A DNA stretch of 64,000 bases from Candidatus Bathyarchaeota archaeon. GTDB taxonomy: Archaea > Thermoproteota > Bathyarchaeia > Bathyarchaeales > Bathycorpusculaceae. The stretch spans positions 1,216,001 to 1,280,000 of the forward strand of contig CAWEPZ010000011.1 in assembly GCA_963811105.1 (NCBI GenBank), written 5' to 3'. A program made the translations under genes and the position numbers. This document shows positions 38,356 to 48,579 of this stretch, piece by piece. Below the pieces are notes generated by a model that saw only the letters and a list, made by a program, of their open reading frames with translations, had not been told where the DNA came from and did not search any database. Position 1 is the first letter of the stretch, and each line of letters begins with the position of its first letter.

Positions 38356-39273
38356 ATGATCACGGCTTTAGCAGGTGGCGTTGGCGCCGCCAGATTTCTA
38401 ACTGGCTTATTGAGGCTTGTTAGAGAGGAGGACGTTTCAGTGGTTGTAAATACTGGCGATGACATGGAAATGTTTGGTTTGCATATTTCACCAGACATCG
38501 ACATTGTAACTTACACGCTCGCAGGCATTGTGGATGATGAGAAGGGTTGGGGAATAAAAGGCGACACGTTCCAGTGTCTGGAAATGCTTAAAAAATATGG
38601 TTTAGAAACATGGTTTGCCCTAGGCGATATGGATTTTGCAACGCATATCTTCCGAACCGATTTATTGAAAAAAGGTTTTACGCTTTCACAGGCAACCAAA
38701 GAAATTTGCCGCGCCTTAGGGCTTAAATTAAACATTTTGCCCATGACTGACGACAAGTTTGAGACTTGGATAAAACTTGAAGAAGGCTCTGTTCATTTTG
38801 AAGAATACTTCGTGAAAAGAGCTTCAAAAGACAAAGTTTTAGGCGTGGACTTTGTTGGCGCTGATAATGCGAAACCATCCCCTAATGTAATAGACTCAAT
38901 TATGGACTCTGAAAAGATAGTTATTTGCCCCAGCAACCCCATAGTTAGCATTAGCACCATTCTTTCAATTGAAGGAATAAGAGAAGCGTTAAGAAAAACA
39001 AGCGCCGAAGTTATTGGAGTGAGCCCTATAGTTGCCGGCGTCCCAATTAAGGGTCCAGCAGATAAACTACTGCGTGCTTTAGGCTATGAAGTTTCAGCTT
39101 TTTCTGTTGCCAAACTTTACGATGATCTTCTCGATACATTTGTGATTGATGCCAAGGATGTTCTGGAAAAACAGCTGATTGAACAGCTTGGAATAGAAGT
39201 GAAAGTTACAGATACAGTGATGAGGACTTTAAGTGATAAGGTTCAATTGGCAAATGCTGTACTTGAAAACTAG
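38356..39273 (+). CDS. cofD: 2-phospho-L-lactate transferase (F420 biosynthesis)
   Basis: LAGGVGAARF, NTGDD, SPDID, LGD.D, PSNP.VSI, GPA. Confidence 0.93.
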   Translation: MITALAGGVGAARFLTGLLRLVREEDVSVVVNTGDDMEMFGLHISPDIDIVTYTLAGIVDDEKGWGIKGDTFQCLEMLKKYGLETWFALGDMDFATHIFRTDLLKKGFTLSQATKEICRALGLKLNILPMTDDKFETWIKLEEGSVHFEEYFVKRASKDKVLGVDFVGADNAKPSPNVIDSIMDSEKIVICPSNPIVSISTILSIEGIREALRKTSAEVIGVSPIVAGVPIKGPADKLLRALGYEVSAFSVAKLYDDLLDTFVIDAKDVLEKQLIEQLGIEVKVTDTVMRTLSDKVQLANAVLEN

Positions 39274-39671
39274 CTTAAAAACAACCTCTATATAGACTAA
39301 TTATTAGACTAAATACTATTTTGAGAGCTTAAATAAACTACAAAAACGAAAGACTTCTCAGAAGGGTTTGCAAATAAAAAAAACAAAAAATCATCATACA
39401 AAGCCAAAGCGCTATGGTGAGACGTTCATTTGTAAAACGCTGTTCAACACGTTTGGTAAAGGGTAGAATTATGAAGGAAGAAATGAATCGTAAAAGGAAA
39501 GCGAAGGGCAGAAACGCGGATCTTGTAGATTGGCTCTTAGCGATTGATTCAAGCTTTATATAAAAAAATTTCAGAAGCAAATTTGCGAAAAAGCTATGAG
39601 CATGAAGCTACCTGTAAGAGGCATTAATAGAAGGGCTATATGCGAAATAGCCCAATAATGTAAAAAGGAGA

Positions 39672-40349
39672 TTGAGATTAGTGGAAAGAAAAAGTTACGA
39701 TTGGTTTGAGCAACGCCGTAAAACCAGAGGATTAGAACTAGCCCATGACCAGATAACAAAAGCTTTTGACACCGTAACTTGGCTACATAAAGCAACTAAA
39801 AGCTTTTCAGAGAAAAACTTTAAAGAAGCAAAAAAATACATTGAAAACTTGTACAAAACTGAAGAAGGCGTTGACCAGCTTCGAACAGATGTCTTTATGG
39901 AGTTGTCCAAAGGGGCTGCCCTTGTCGCGGATTATCGAGAAGACTTACTGCATCTTGTTAAACGATTAGATACACTCGCAGATCACACAAAAGACGCTGC
40001 AAGGTGCCTTGAAATGCTTGCTGACGCAGATATCCCACAGGAATTATCTGACAAAACCGTTATTATGACTGAAAAACTTGTCGAGACAGCTCAAACATTA
40101 AGAAGCAGTATAGAAAAAATCTCATCAAACCCAACTGAAGCCATAAACGAAGCAAAAAAAGTCGGAGAAATAGAACACGCAATTGACGTTGAATACCTTA
40201 AGACTAAAAGCTTGTTCGTAAAGTACGGGGCAAACATAAACTGTGGAGCCATGGTAATATTCAATGATTTAATCGAATTTATTGAGCAAGCTTCAGACAT
40301 GTGTGCTGACACAGCCGACTACATCATTATACTCTCAAGTAGAGAATAA
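39672..40349 (+). CDS. DUF47/PhoU-like phosphate transport regulator
   Basis: Duplicated E...D helical repeats (EEGVD, REDL..L...LD, EHAID, EQASD). Confidence 0.85.
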   Translation: MRLVERKSYDWFEQRRKTRGLELAHDQITKAFDTVTWLHKATKSFSEKNFKEAKKYIENLYKTEEGVDQLRTDVFMELSKGAALVADYREDLLHLVKRLDTLADHTKDAARCLEMLADADIPQELSDKTVIMTEKLVETAQTLRSSIEKISSNPTEAINEAKKVGEIEHAIDVEYLKTKSLFVKYGANINCGAMVIFNDLIEFIEQASDMCADTADYIIILSSRE

Positions 40350-40438
40350 GCATCAACTTTTCTTAATTTTTAACTTTTTATGCCTAATTGAATTCTTTAT
40401 ATTCTCAAGGGGTTGCTGAAAATCCGGCTTTTTGTCAC

Positions 40439-41425
40439 TTAGGAAGCACTCATGTTTTTTTCTTTGCCACTAACCAACAGTACCAACCCAAGGAAAACAA
40501 AAACTAAACACCACAAATTCACATTATGTGGTGGACCTATCATTTCGTACCATACGTTGGGATGGGGTGCGTATCCTCCTGTAAGATAAAAGTAGAGCAA
40601 GTTAAAAATGAAGTAACCACCGAAAGCCATCATTGTAACACCCAAACCTCTCAAAGATGGTTTGCTGCCTTGCATCTTTGGGGCTGGAAAAGTAAGCTTC
40701 AAAATAAACAGGGCTAATGCCAACAGCCCCAAAACTGTTATAATAAAACTTGCGAAGTTTATTGGCCCAAATAGGAAGCTCCATCCATATTGGCCTCGAG
40801 CACGGTCAAACGGAACCATGTTTCCTAGCCACGCCATAGAATAACTGAACCAAAAAACCACTAGGACATAAGTAAATGCAGTTAGAGAACTCCATTTAAC
40901 GATATCTTGAGTTAAACCAACTACGACTTTCGATCTGAGTTTAAACAGGACAATCGGGATAGTCGTAACCGTCGCAAGTGTGGGGATAGCGGCCACGTAC
41001 AGCAAAATCAAAGGTGGAGTATGGTCAAAATAGAAGACGCTTCCATTAGCGAAATAATAAGCAAAAGCTGTGATTGTAGAAGGAATTAGAGATAAGAAAT
41101 ATATTCCCTCCAAAGTTAAGGCAGCACCAACTTTCCCTTTTACCACTGAAAGGGCATTCTCTTTTTTCCACCAAAACAGAGCAGCCGCATAAAATGCAAA
41201 AAAGCCTGCCACCGCACGAATAATCAAACCTAATGTTCCGGCAACTCCTTCACCGGAGTAATATAAGACCATCCACCACAGGGGTCCCTGCGAAAGCTGC
41301 TGGTAAACATAAGAGTTTGAAATGTAGCTAATGCTACCGATTATTCCTTCAATTGCCCAATATAACGCTAACCCAAAGTAAACTGAAACAGCAATTAAGA
41401 TGCCCAGCGGGATAGTTTTTTTCAT
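40439..41425 (-). CDS. Hypothetical polytopic membrane protein
   Basis: Long ORF with about 8 hydrophobic segments. Confidence 0.7.
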   Translation of the reverse strand: MKKTIPLGILIAVSVYFGLALYWAIEGIIGSISYISNSYVYQQLSQGPLWWMVLYYSGEGVAGTLGLIIRAVAGFFAFYAAALFWWKKENALSVVKGKVGAALTLEGIYFLSLIPSTITAFAYYFANGSVFYFDHTPPLILLYVAAIPTLATVTTIPIVLFKLRSKVVVGLTQDIVKWSSLTAFTYVLVVFWFSYSMAWLGNMVPFDRARGQYGWSFLFGPINFASFIITVLGLLALALFILKLTFPAPKMQGSKPSLRGLGVTMMAFGGYFIFNLLYFYLTGGYAPHPNVWYEMIGPPHNVNLWCLVFVFLGLVLLVSGKEKNMSAS

Positions 41426-41475
41426 CAGGCTCACACCAAGGCACAATTATGGGATGCCGCTTATAGTTCTACTCA

Positions 41476-41503
41476 AGGAACAGTTTGTTCCTAACTTGGA
41501 ACA
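41476..41503. promoter_or_regulatory. Three alternating GGAACA/TGTTCC half-sites
   Basis: AGGAACA-GTT-TGTTCCT overlapping TGTTCC-N6-GGAACA. Confidence 0.5.
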
Positions 41504-41659
41504 GCGTTTTTTGCTAAAATTTTGACTATTTTATCATTTCCTTGGATTTCGGTTATTGCTCTTGAATGCTTTCAAATCTTACTTTTTCTTAAGATCGTTT
41601 CCATGAGGTTAGGGCTTTATGGTTTTGGTTAAAATATCTGAAGGTCCAATTGGAAGCGT

Positions 41660-42227
41660 ATGTTAGAGTACCTTGTATTTGTTGCAGCTTTTGGGTCAAT
41701 GCTTGCAACCTTCGTTTACATACGTTCCATGTTCAAGGGTAAAACGAAACCAAATAGAGTAACTTGGTTTATGTGGTCAATTGCTCCTTTTGTAGCGACA
41801 ACCGCAGCCGTATCCAACGGTGTAGGTTTAGCAGTCATACCAGTATTCATGTCTGGGTTTACCCCATTTTCTAGTGTTTACGGCTTCATTTTTTAACAAG
41901 AAAGCATACTGGAAACTGACCTCGTTTGATTATCTTTGTGGAATATTATCAGGTTTAGCTGTTGTTCTTTGGTTTTTAACCAATAATCCAAATTTAGCGA
42001 TCATCTTTGCAATTATCGGCGATGCACTCGCGGCTATACCAACTCAAACTAAGGCATGGCACAATCCAGAAACTGAGTCTGCCTGGCCTTTCATTGTAGG
42101 AGTATTTAGTCCCATGACAAGTTTTCTTGTAGCCACAACATGGGGGTTTTCTGAGTTGGCTTTCCCTATCTATCTGATAGTAATAAACGTATTACTTGTT
42201 TTTTCAGTGTCTAAGAAAAAGTGGTAA
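41660..42227 (+). pseudogene. Small multi-TM membrane protein split by one frameshift at about 41867-41870
   Basis: KPNRVTWFMW...PT..KAW.NPETES family pattern across two frames; T4 run one base long. Confidence 0.7.
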
Positions 42228-42276
42228 TTACTTCCTTGGTATCGATGCTTAGAAATAAATTATACAGAGAAGTTAG

Positions 42277-42354
42277 TGGCGGGCCCGCTGGGATTTGAAC
42301 CCAGGATTCCCGGCTCCGCAGGCCGATGCCTTGTCCGTACTAGACTACGAGCCC
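42277..42354 (-). tRNA. tRNA-Arg(GCG), CCA encoded, no intron
   Basis: Anticodon arm TCGGC-CTGCGGA-GCCGG; three differences from the CCG isoacceptor. Confidence 0.95.
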
Positions 42355-42632
42355 AGTTCTTTTTTGCCCAAAAAATGGAGGGCAGAATAGTAAACACTTT
42401 GCTTAAACTTAAAAATAGTGGTCTGGACGACATTTCTTATGTTGTTTTTATGCTGGTTATTTTGACTGTTTTTAAATTGGGGAAAGAAGTTTCGTCAATA
42501 AGACAGTTCAAGGGAAAAATAGTTATCATAACTTATTTCAGCTTAGGCATTTGGACATGCAAGTTTAGTGCTAAGAAGACAAATATTAAAATTTAGAAAA
42601 AAATAGTTAGAAACTTGGCTTTTTAACCAAGT

Positions 42633-45221
42633 TTAAGGTCGTTTTCTAAGCAGAAGCATTCCTACTATAACTATGGCGACAATTATTGCGATTGTCGAGA
42701 TAGCAAAGTATAGTTCTATTGGCTGTTGGCTGCTTTGTGAGTTTATTGTTGGTGTCGGCGAAGTGGCCGGAGAATTAACTACTGTCGCGTGAGTTTCTGC
42801 GTATGAGCTGCCGTAGGAGTTGCTGCCCATGAAGGTTGCAGTAATCTTGTAATCACCTGCAATAGTAGGTGTCCAAGTGTAGCTAAAAGTGCCGCTTACG
42901 TCACTTGTTGTGTCGCCGATGTGTACAGGATTGTTGTTTGGATCAATTGCGTCGATTGAAACTGGTACTCCGTTTACGTTGGCAGGTATTAGTTGTTGCG
43001 CATATAGGTGATCCATCCATGCTGACATTGAATCGTCTGAGACACAAGGTGTGCCTGGCTGAGCTGGCGATTGATCAAGAACAGTGCCTGAGATGACTGC
43101 TTTTTGTCCTGCAGTTATTTGCATTTGTGGTGCTGAAACAGTAGTTGCGCTTTGTCCTTTACCAAAGACGTAAGTGTAGCCATCATATGCATTCGAAGCG
43201 GTAAGGTAGCCGTCAGAAACTTGTCCCGCAGACATAGCTCCGGTAATGTTCCATACTCCTTGACCTGATGTGGCGTTTATGCAATGCATTGACCAGCCTC
43301 TGGTGATTGGTTGGCTTGGTGTGTGTTCAGTTGTGTAAGTGAAGAGTTTTCCATCAGCAACTATGCCACCGGAGTTGAAAGAGTATGTGGATATGTTGCC
43401 TTGGTCAGTGTAGGGTGTTTCAAAGGGTGGAGCTGTAGCAACATAGTGCCAAGCTACTTTTCCATCTGCCCAGTTAAACGCGTAGACGCCATCATAGGAT
43501 TCACGGTAAAAGAGACCGTAAGCTGATTGCACAGCATATGCACCGAAACTGGATTGCCCCCAGGGATAATCCATCGATTGGCCTGTCCAAACTAGATTGC
43601 CTGTCTGCAAGTCAAAGCCCTCGTAGTGTCCATTCAGCATTAGCACTGCTATTTTTCCGTGGTCCGCTACGTTGCATGATCCGCTGTAAGTCCCTTCGTT
43701 CACTAATTTGCTCCACAATACGTTTCCTGATGTTAAGCTAGCTGCTGTAATGTTGGTTGCCGAAGCGACTTGAGTAGCCAATGACGTAACTGAACTTACG
43801 GTTACAGCTACACCGGCTTGGAAATCAGTAGTTGCAGGTAGGCTGCTCCATGGCCAAGTCACATTATTCAAGACCGTTAATGCGTAAGGAACTGCGTAGC
43901 CAGCTGATCCTGCACCTACAGCTCCTGTTACAGTCCAGTTGATCAAGTGATATCTATTAGAACCTTGACTGGCGCCAAGGTCTTGCACTGAGTAGAAGTA
44001 ATTGTTTGCATAGCAAGTACCAGACGTTAGTGGGGCGATTGAAACGTTCTGCACAACGCCCCCTGTGTTAGGATTGAAGGTTATCCATCTTCCGTTACCG
44101 ACGAATAGTAGGTTTACTGATAGGGTGGGTGCTGAGCTTGCTGCTCCGACTTCTTCGGTGCTGCTGCCGCTTACGAGGCTTATGGGCAAGACGATGTTAG
44201 GTGCTGCTGCTGGTGGAGAGACTGTAGGTCCGAAGGTTGTTTGTGTTTGGTATGTTGGCACGGGTTGTTCCCAGTATATTTGTCCAGTGCGCAGGTCCCA
44301 GCATTGCCATATCTGTTGAGACACGCCGTTGAAGACTTTTGTCAGTGTTTGATAGCATCTTCCAGCGTAGACTACTAGTGGATTGCCACCGCCGTTTTGT
44401 AGAGATTGGTCACCTAGAGGTCCACCGATTATCCCTGAAATGTCGCCTTGTCGTCTCCATTCTACGTGTGCAGTGTTTGGTGCCTGAACGTAGGGTATGA
44501 AATTGTAGTTGCTCATGTACGGGTTAGTGTTGTCTGGCCAGCCGTTGCCACCTCCTTCTATGCCTGTGCCTGGGGACCATCCGATGATTGAAGCCCATTC
44601 TCGGTTGTTTGGTGATACTGGTCGTGTCCAGTAATCAGTTGGAAGAGCTGCTACAGGCCAAGAAGCGACCAAGTCGTTCTGAACAGTAAGTGTAGTTACT
44701 GGAGATGTTGTAGGTTGGTAGTAAGCTGATTGTGCGATGCTGACTGTTTGCGCTCCCATAAAAGTTCCTGAGGCCACGGAGTAGTTTCCAGCTGGATAAT
44801 AGCCGCCTGGGAAGTTGAATTGCAGTTTCCATGAGCCAACTTGGTCGACTTTGTAGTTGAACCATGCAGTTGTATCACCTGGGTAGGAGTTCATAGGACC
44901 AACTGTTGTTATCGTTCCGTCCGGTTTTGTTATGGTTACCGTGTATCCTGTAAACCAGCGACCCACGAAGAGAGGTGGTTCAATCCACATGTTTACTAGC
45001 AGTTGTTGATCGAGGCCTATTGGGTTAGGCGAACAGCTCAGAAATGCGTTTACAGTAACTGATGTGTCAGGAGTTACGCCGCTAGGAAGAGTTTGTGAAG
45101 CTCCACTCTGTAAATTTTTGTATGTTTGTGCTTTTGCGGGCATCATTATTGCGATAGTTGAAGCCATCAATAGAGATATGATGAGTACAGCTAAAGCTTT
45201 ATTTTTGGTTGGTAGGTTCAT
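42633..45221 (-). CDS. Secreted, C-terminally TM-anchored PQQ-like beta-propeller protein with Ig-like domains
   Basis: Signal peptide; repeated DLxTG..W motifs; Ser/Thr/Pro linker, TM helix, RKRP tail. Confidence 0.75.
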   Translation of the reverse strand: MNLPTKNKALAVLIISLLMASTIAIMMPAKAQTYKNLQSGASQTLPSGVTPDTSVTVNAFLSCSPNPIGLDQQLLVNMWIEPPLFVGRWFTGYTVTITKPDGTITTVGPMNSYPGDTTAWFNYKVDQVGSWKLQFNFPGGYYPAGNYSVASGTFMGAQTVSIAQSAYYQPTTSPVTTLTVQNDLVASWPVAALPTDYWTRPVSPNNREWASIIGWSPGTGIEGGGNGWPDNTNPYMSNYNFIPYVQAPNTAHVEWRRQGDISGIIGGPLGDQSLQNGGGNPLVVYAGRCYQTLTKVFNGVSQQIWQCWDLRTGQIYWEQPVPTYQTQTTFGPTVSPPAAAPNIVLPISLVSGSSTEEVGAASSAPTLSVNLLFVGNGRWITFNPNTGGVVQNVSIAPLTSGTCYANNYFYSVQDLGASQGSNRYHLINWTVTGAVGAGSAGYAVPYALTVLNNVTWPWSSLPATTDFQAGVAVTVSSVTSLATQVASATNITAASLTSGNVLWSKLVNEGTYSGSCNVADHGKIAVLMLNGHYEGFDLQTGNLVWTGQSMDYPWGQSSFGAYAVQSAYGLFYRESYDGVYAFNWADGKVAWHYVATAPPFETPYTDQGNISTYSFNSGGIVADGKLFTYTTEHTPSQPITRGWSMHCINATSGQGVWNITGAMSAGQVSDGYLTASNAYDGYTYVFGKGQSATTVSAPQMQITAGQKAVISGTVLDQSPAQPGTPCVSDDSMSAWMDHLYAQQLIPANVNGVPVSIDAIDPNNNPVHIGDTTSDVSGTFSYTWTPTIAGDYKITATFMGSNSYGSSYAETHATVVNSPATSPTPTINSQSSQQPIELYFAISTIAIIVAIVIVGMLLLRKRP

Positions 45222-45367
45222 TTTTTCTTTTCCTCTTAAGATTTTTTTGAGAAGGTAGGAGTAACACTTAGTATTTAAAATTTGGGCATGTTGATGTTTT
45301 TATTATCAAAAGCCTAGATCAGATGCTCACAAAAGTTGAGAATGCATATTAACTGTCTCGTCACATT

Positions 45368-46516
45368 TCATAGCGAGGAGTTCCAATAGTAGATTTTTGT
45401 GTAGTTACCTTCCAGCAGAAAAATTGGATCATCATATACGATATCTAGGTTTGGAAAATAGCGGGTCAGCAAAGTCTGGGTTGTATTCCAAATTTGTGGC
45501 GATTTATCATCTGGCCCCCATAGACCCCATATTTTATCATCCGGGCTGCGCATCCCCCAACCATAGTCTTTAGGCAGAATTAGGACGTTTTGGGCTGAAT
45601 ACCCTTTAGAATTTGCATTGGATTGGATTTTACTCCAGAATTGTTTGATTGCATCGAAATGTTCTTGCCTCAAATCTCCAAAGCTATTCCCTGTAATTGT
45701 CGGATAATTAAAGACTATTACATATTTGGCGCCGTTTTCATAAGCCAGCGTCATATCGTCGTATAGTTCCTGCCCAGTTTCCAAATAAGGCTCTTTATCG
45801 TAAGTCCATGTCATTATTGCTCCCCAACTCTTGTTCTGAACTTTAGCGGCGCCTCTAACCAGAGCGATGTCTTGTGCGCGACTATTGTTCCAACCAAATT
45901 GTGAAAATAGAATATCATATCCACATTGATAATCAAACCAGTAGAGAGCGTAGTCTGAAGTAAATGTTGTAAGAGGGACAGGTCTGGTTTTGATGGTTTC
46001 TAACCCAGGCATGGTACGCCAGCTGTTTATGAGGAGATTAGCCATTTCATCGTAGTTTCCTGGTTTGTATGAAGCGAGGATGCTTGTATTAGTATCTAGT
46101 AGGCTACCGGCTGGTTCATCAAAAAAGTAAATGCCAAGAAAATAGCTGCCCCACCGTTGTTTTGCTGTATCAAGCCATGGGACCTGCCAGGGCTGGTCAA
46201 ACTTGCCAAAATAGGCAATTATGTGCAGTCCTTGGTTTACAGCGTAATCGCATATTTCATTTAGCGCCGTTTCGTTTTTGCTTACCGGTCCTGAATCCAC
46301 AACTATGAGATTTGTGTAAGTTTTCACTTTTTCTATAAGCATTTTTGCTTCTACCGTTGTATTAGAGCTAAAAGTAACGCCGACATAAACGCCGTTTTTA
46401 TTGCCTTGGATCGATGAATTTGAGGCGGGTCTCAGCGCTATGAAAAGAGCAATAGCAATTATTATGATTAGTGCAACTGCGACAACCCGCTTCACACTCT
46501 GGTACCCCTTAAACAT
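45368..46516 (-). CDS. Membrane-anchored hypothetical protein, possibly glycoside hydrolase-like barrel
   Basis: N-terminal TM anchor; [28 protein letters not shown]. Confidence 0.6.
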   Translation of the reverse strand: MFKGYQSVKRVVAVALIIIIAIALFIALRPASNSSIQGNKNGVYVGVTFSSNTTVEAKMLIEKVKTYTNLIVVDSGPVSKNETALNEICDYAVNQGLHIIAYFGKFDQPWQVPWLDTAKQRWGSYFLGIYFFDEPAGSLLDTNTSILASYKPGNYDEMANLLINSWRTMPGLETIKTRPVPLTTFTSDYALYWFDYQCGYDILFSQFGWNNSRAQDIALVRGAAKVQNKSWGAIMTWTYDKEPYLETGQELYDDMTLAYENGAKYVIVFNYPTITGNSFGDLRQEHFDAIKQFWSKIQSNANSKGYSAQNVLILPKDYGWGMRSPDDKIWGLWGPDDKSPQIWNTTQTLLTRYFPNLDIVYDDPIFLLEGNYTKIYYWNSSL

Positions 46517-46540
46517 GAGGGCAAGACAATCATATGTACC

Positions 46541-48154
46541 TTAGCAATTTTGGCTTCTATTTAATGCTCTTTGCAGTGCAGCAACCACGTTTTGTTTACC
46601 CATGGTCAACACATAAGGACCCAGACGTGGACCTTGAGGCGCCCCCATCAAAATCTTATACAGGATCTTGAAGAAACTGCTGGGTTGGATGCTGTTATCT
46701 TTCGCTGAGTTATAGATGGCGTTTTGAATTTTGTCTGGGTCAGTTTCAGCTTCAAGCCTTGTGATTAATTCAGCAATTGCTTTCTTCTCTTCATTGGTAA
46801 GGGTCACATCGGTTTCTTTGATTTCTTCAAAGTCTCTAATCCAGTTTGAAGCGAACTCGATGCGTTGCATCAAGTTGGCATCCAGAGCTTGACCTTTTTG
46901 CAGGTAACCGTAGCTTTGAAGTTTCTCAATCACGTAATCCTGTTGGCATTCTTTAGGCGCCATTTTGACGAGAAACGCCATTAAATTATATGGCACGTGA
47001 ATGCTTATCTTCGCTGGCGGCTTCATGACACAACAGTATTCGAACAAACCTCTAAGCCGCGTAGCTTCTTTTTCGCCGATTTGCTTCTTGCCGAAATAAA
47101 CATCCTCAAGAGAATCAAGCTCATTCATGTAAGCTGGAATATCAGACACGTCCAAAGATCGGGTACCAACAAACCGTTTAAGCATCAGCAAGAGCAACGA
47201 TTGTGGAGAACCATATTGGAACCAAACCTGCGGGGTGAAAACATTGCCTGCTGATTTGGAAATCTTCTTTCCACCTTTGTCAAGGAACATCTCGTATTTA
47301 GCGTGGGAAGGCGGTTCGAAACACAGAACTTCACGGCATATTCGATCGTTGATTTTTACTGAATCAGCGATGTCTTTGCCGTAAGCTTCAAACCGGATAT
47401 CTAAGGCTTTCCAACGAGCGGCAAACTCGCCCTTCCATGTGAGTTTTCCCTCGCCCTTTTTGATGTCTGCTTCGCCTTCATGCCCGCAGCCTGCAATCAG
47501 TTGACCGCGGATTTCTAGCCCTTCACATTTATAGTGGACTTTGTCAGTTTTAGGGTTAAACGAGTAAGCCCTTGTTGTGTAGATGCGTCCGCATTTTTCG
47601 CAAACCGCAAAATAGGGCAATACTTCAGTGTAGGTGTCTTGTCCGACTTCTTCTTTTACTATTTGTCCGACTTGTTTGGCGTTAGTGAGGATAGTTCTAA
47701 CTTCGTCTAGTATGATTCCTTTCTCATAAACTTCTTTAGCTGAAAAATAGCGGTATTCAATTCCACATTTATCTAACGATTCAAGCAGAAGCGAGCTCAT
47801 GTGTTTGCCATAGCTTTCATGGCAACCAAACGGGTCAGGAATACTTGAAACAGGAAATCCAAGATATTTTCCTAAGCCCTCGTTTGAGAGCCCTGCTGGC
47901 ACCTTGCGTAGACCGTCTTTGTCATCACAATAGGCGACTAATTCCGAGTTAAATTTTTGGTCATTGAGGGCAAGCGTAACGGTGTATGAGCGTGCAGCGT
48001 CGCCTAGGCTGCCGATGTGTGGGAATCCGGAGGCGCCAAGGCCCATTTCGGTTCTGATTTTATCTGTGCTTCTGCCAAGTGATTGCTCCCTTTCAATAAC
48101 TTTTTTGGCCATCAAGTCATACCATGTGCCGCGTCCAATAGTTTCTTCACTCAT
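46541..48154 (-). CDS. lysS: Class I lysyl-tRNA synthetase
   Basis: SGFPHIGS (HIGH), KISKSAGN (KMSKS), GKL.WK, E.YGKD, GPRLG. Confidence 0.95.
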   Translation of the reverse strand: MSEETIGRGTWYDLMAKKVIEREQSLGRSTDKIRTEMGLGASGFPHIGSLGDAARSYTVTLALNDQKFNSELVAYCDDKDGLRKVPAGLSNEGLGKYLGFPVSSIPDPFGCHESYGKHMSSLLLESLDKCGIEYRYFSAKEVYEKGIILDEVRTILTNAKQVGQIVKEEVGQDTYTEVLPYFAVCEKCGRIYTTRAYSFNPKTDKVHYKCEGLEIRGQLIAGCGHEGEADIKKGEGKLTWKGEFAARWKALDIRFEAYGKDIADSVKINDRICREVLCFEPPSHAKYEMFLDKGGKKISKSAGNVFTPQVWFQYGSPQSLLLLMLKRFVGTRSLDVSDIPAYMNELDSLEDVYFGKKQIGEKEATRLRGLFEYCCVMKPPAKISIHVPYNLMAFLVKMAPKECQQDYVIEKLQSYGYLQKGQALDANLMQRIEFASNWIRDFEEIKETDVTLTNEEKKAIAELITRLEAETDPDKIQNAIYNSAKDNSIQPSSFFKILYKILMGAPQGPRLGPYVLTMGKQNVVAALQRALNRSQNC

Positions 48155-48225
48155 AACTACTGCCTTCAGAGACATGACTGTGCAGGGAAATAATAAAATG
48201 TTTAGAGCCAAAAAGGCTCATTGGG

Positions 48226-48564
48226 TTATTTTCTTCTTAGTGCAGCCGCAATAGCTATGAGACCTAAGACAAGCAGTATCAGCGCCACTGAGTATAACCA
48301 GCCGAAGCCGAAGACATACCACGCTGCGCCAAGAACAATCAAGCATCCTCCCATTGCCATTGTGCTAAACGCGCTACGCTCATACTTCCGCGGGTTTACA
48401 TTTCGCATTGCTGCTAAAGCTACAATCCAGATCCCGAAGAGCCCAAGTATCAAGGGCACAAATAGGGTCCAAGACAAAATGTTAGTGGCTACAAGCAATA
48501 TAGCGACAACTATGATTATGAAGAATACGCCTATGGAAAGCAGTTGCCTTCTACTTTCAGACAT
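48226..48564 (-). CDS. Small 4-TM membrane protein
   Basis: Four hydrophobic segments; 15-bp gap after SPFH gene. Confidence 0.7.
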   Translation of the reverse strand: MSESRRQLLSIGVFFIIIVVAILLVATNILSWTLFVPLILGLFGIWIVALAAMRNVNPRKYERSAFSTMAMGGCLIVLGAAWYVFGFGWLYSVALILLVLGLIAIAAALRRK

Positions 48565-48579
48565 TCATATGCCTTCTTC

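Noticed and set aside
39274-39671. Short ORFs and TAGACTAA duplication between cofD and DUF47 gene
   Set aside because: No recognisable motif or strong RBS; AT-rich, consistent with chance
15675-42354. Near-identical tRNA-Arg copies as attL/attR of a 27-kb integrated element
   Set aside because: Both are complete tRNAs with different anticodons, and the interval holds housekeeping genes (gap, pgk, serS, rps3ae)
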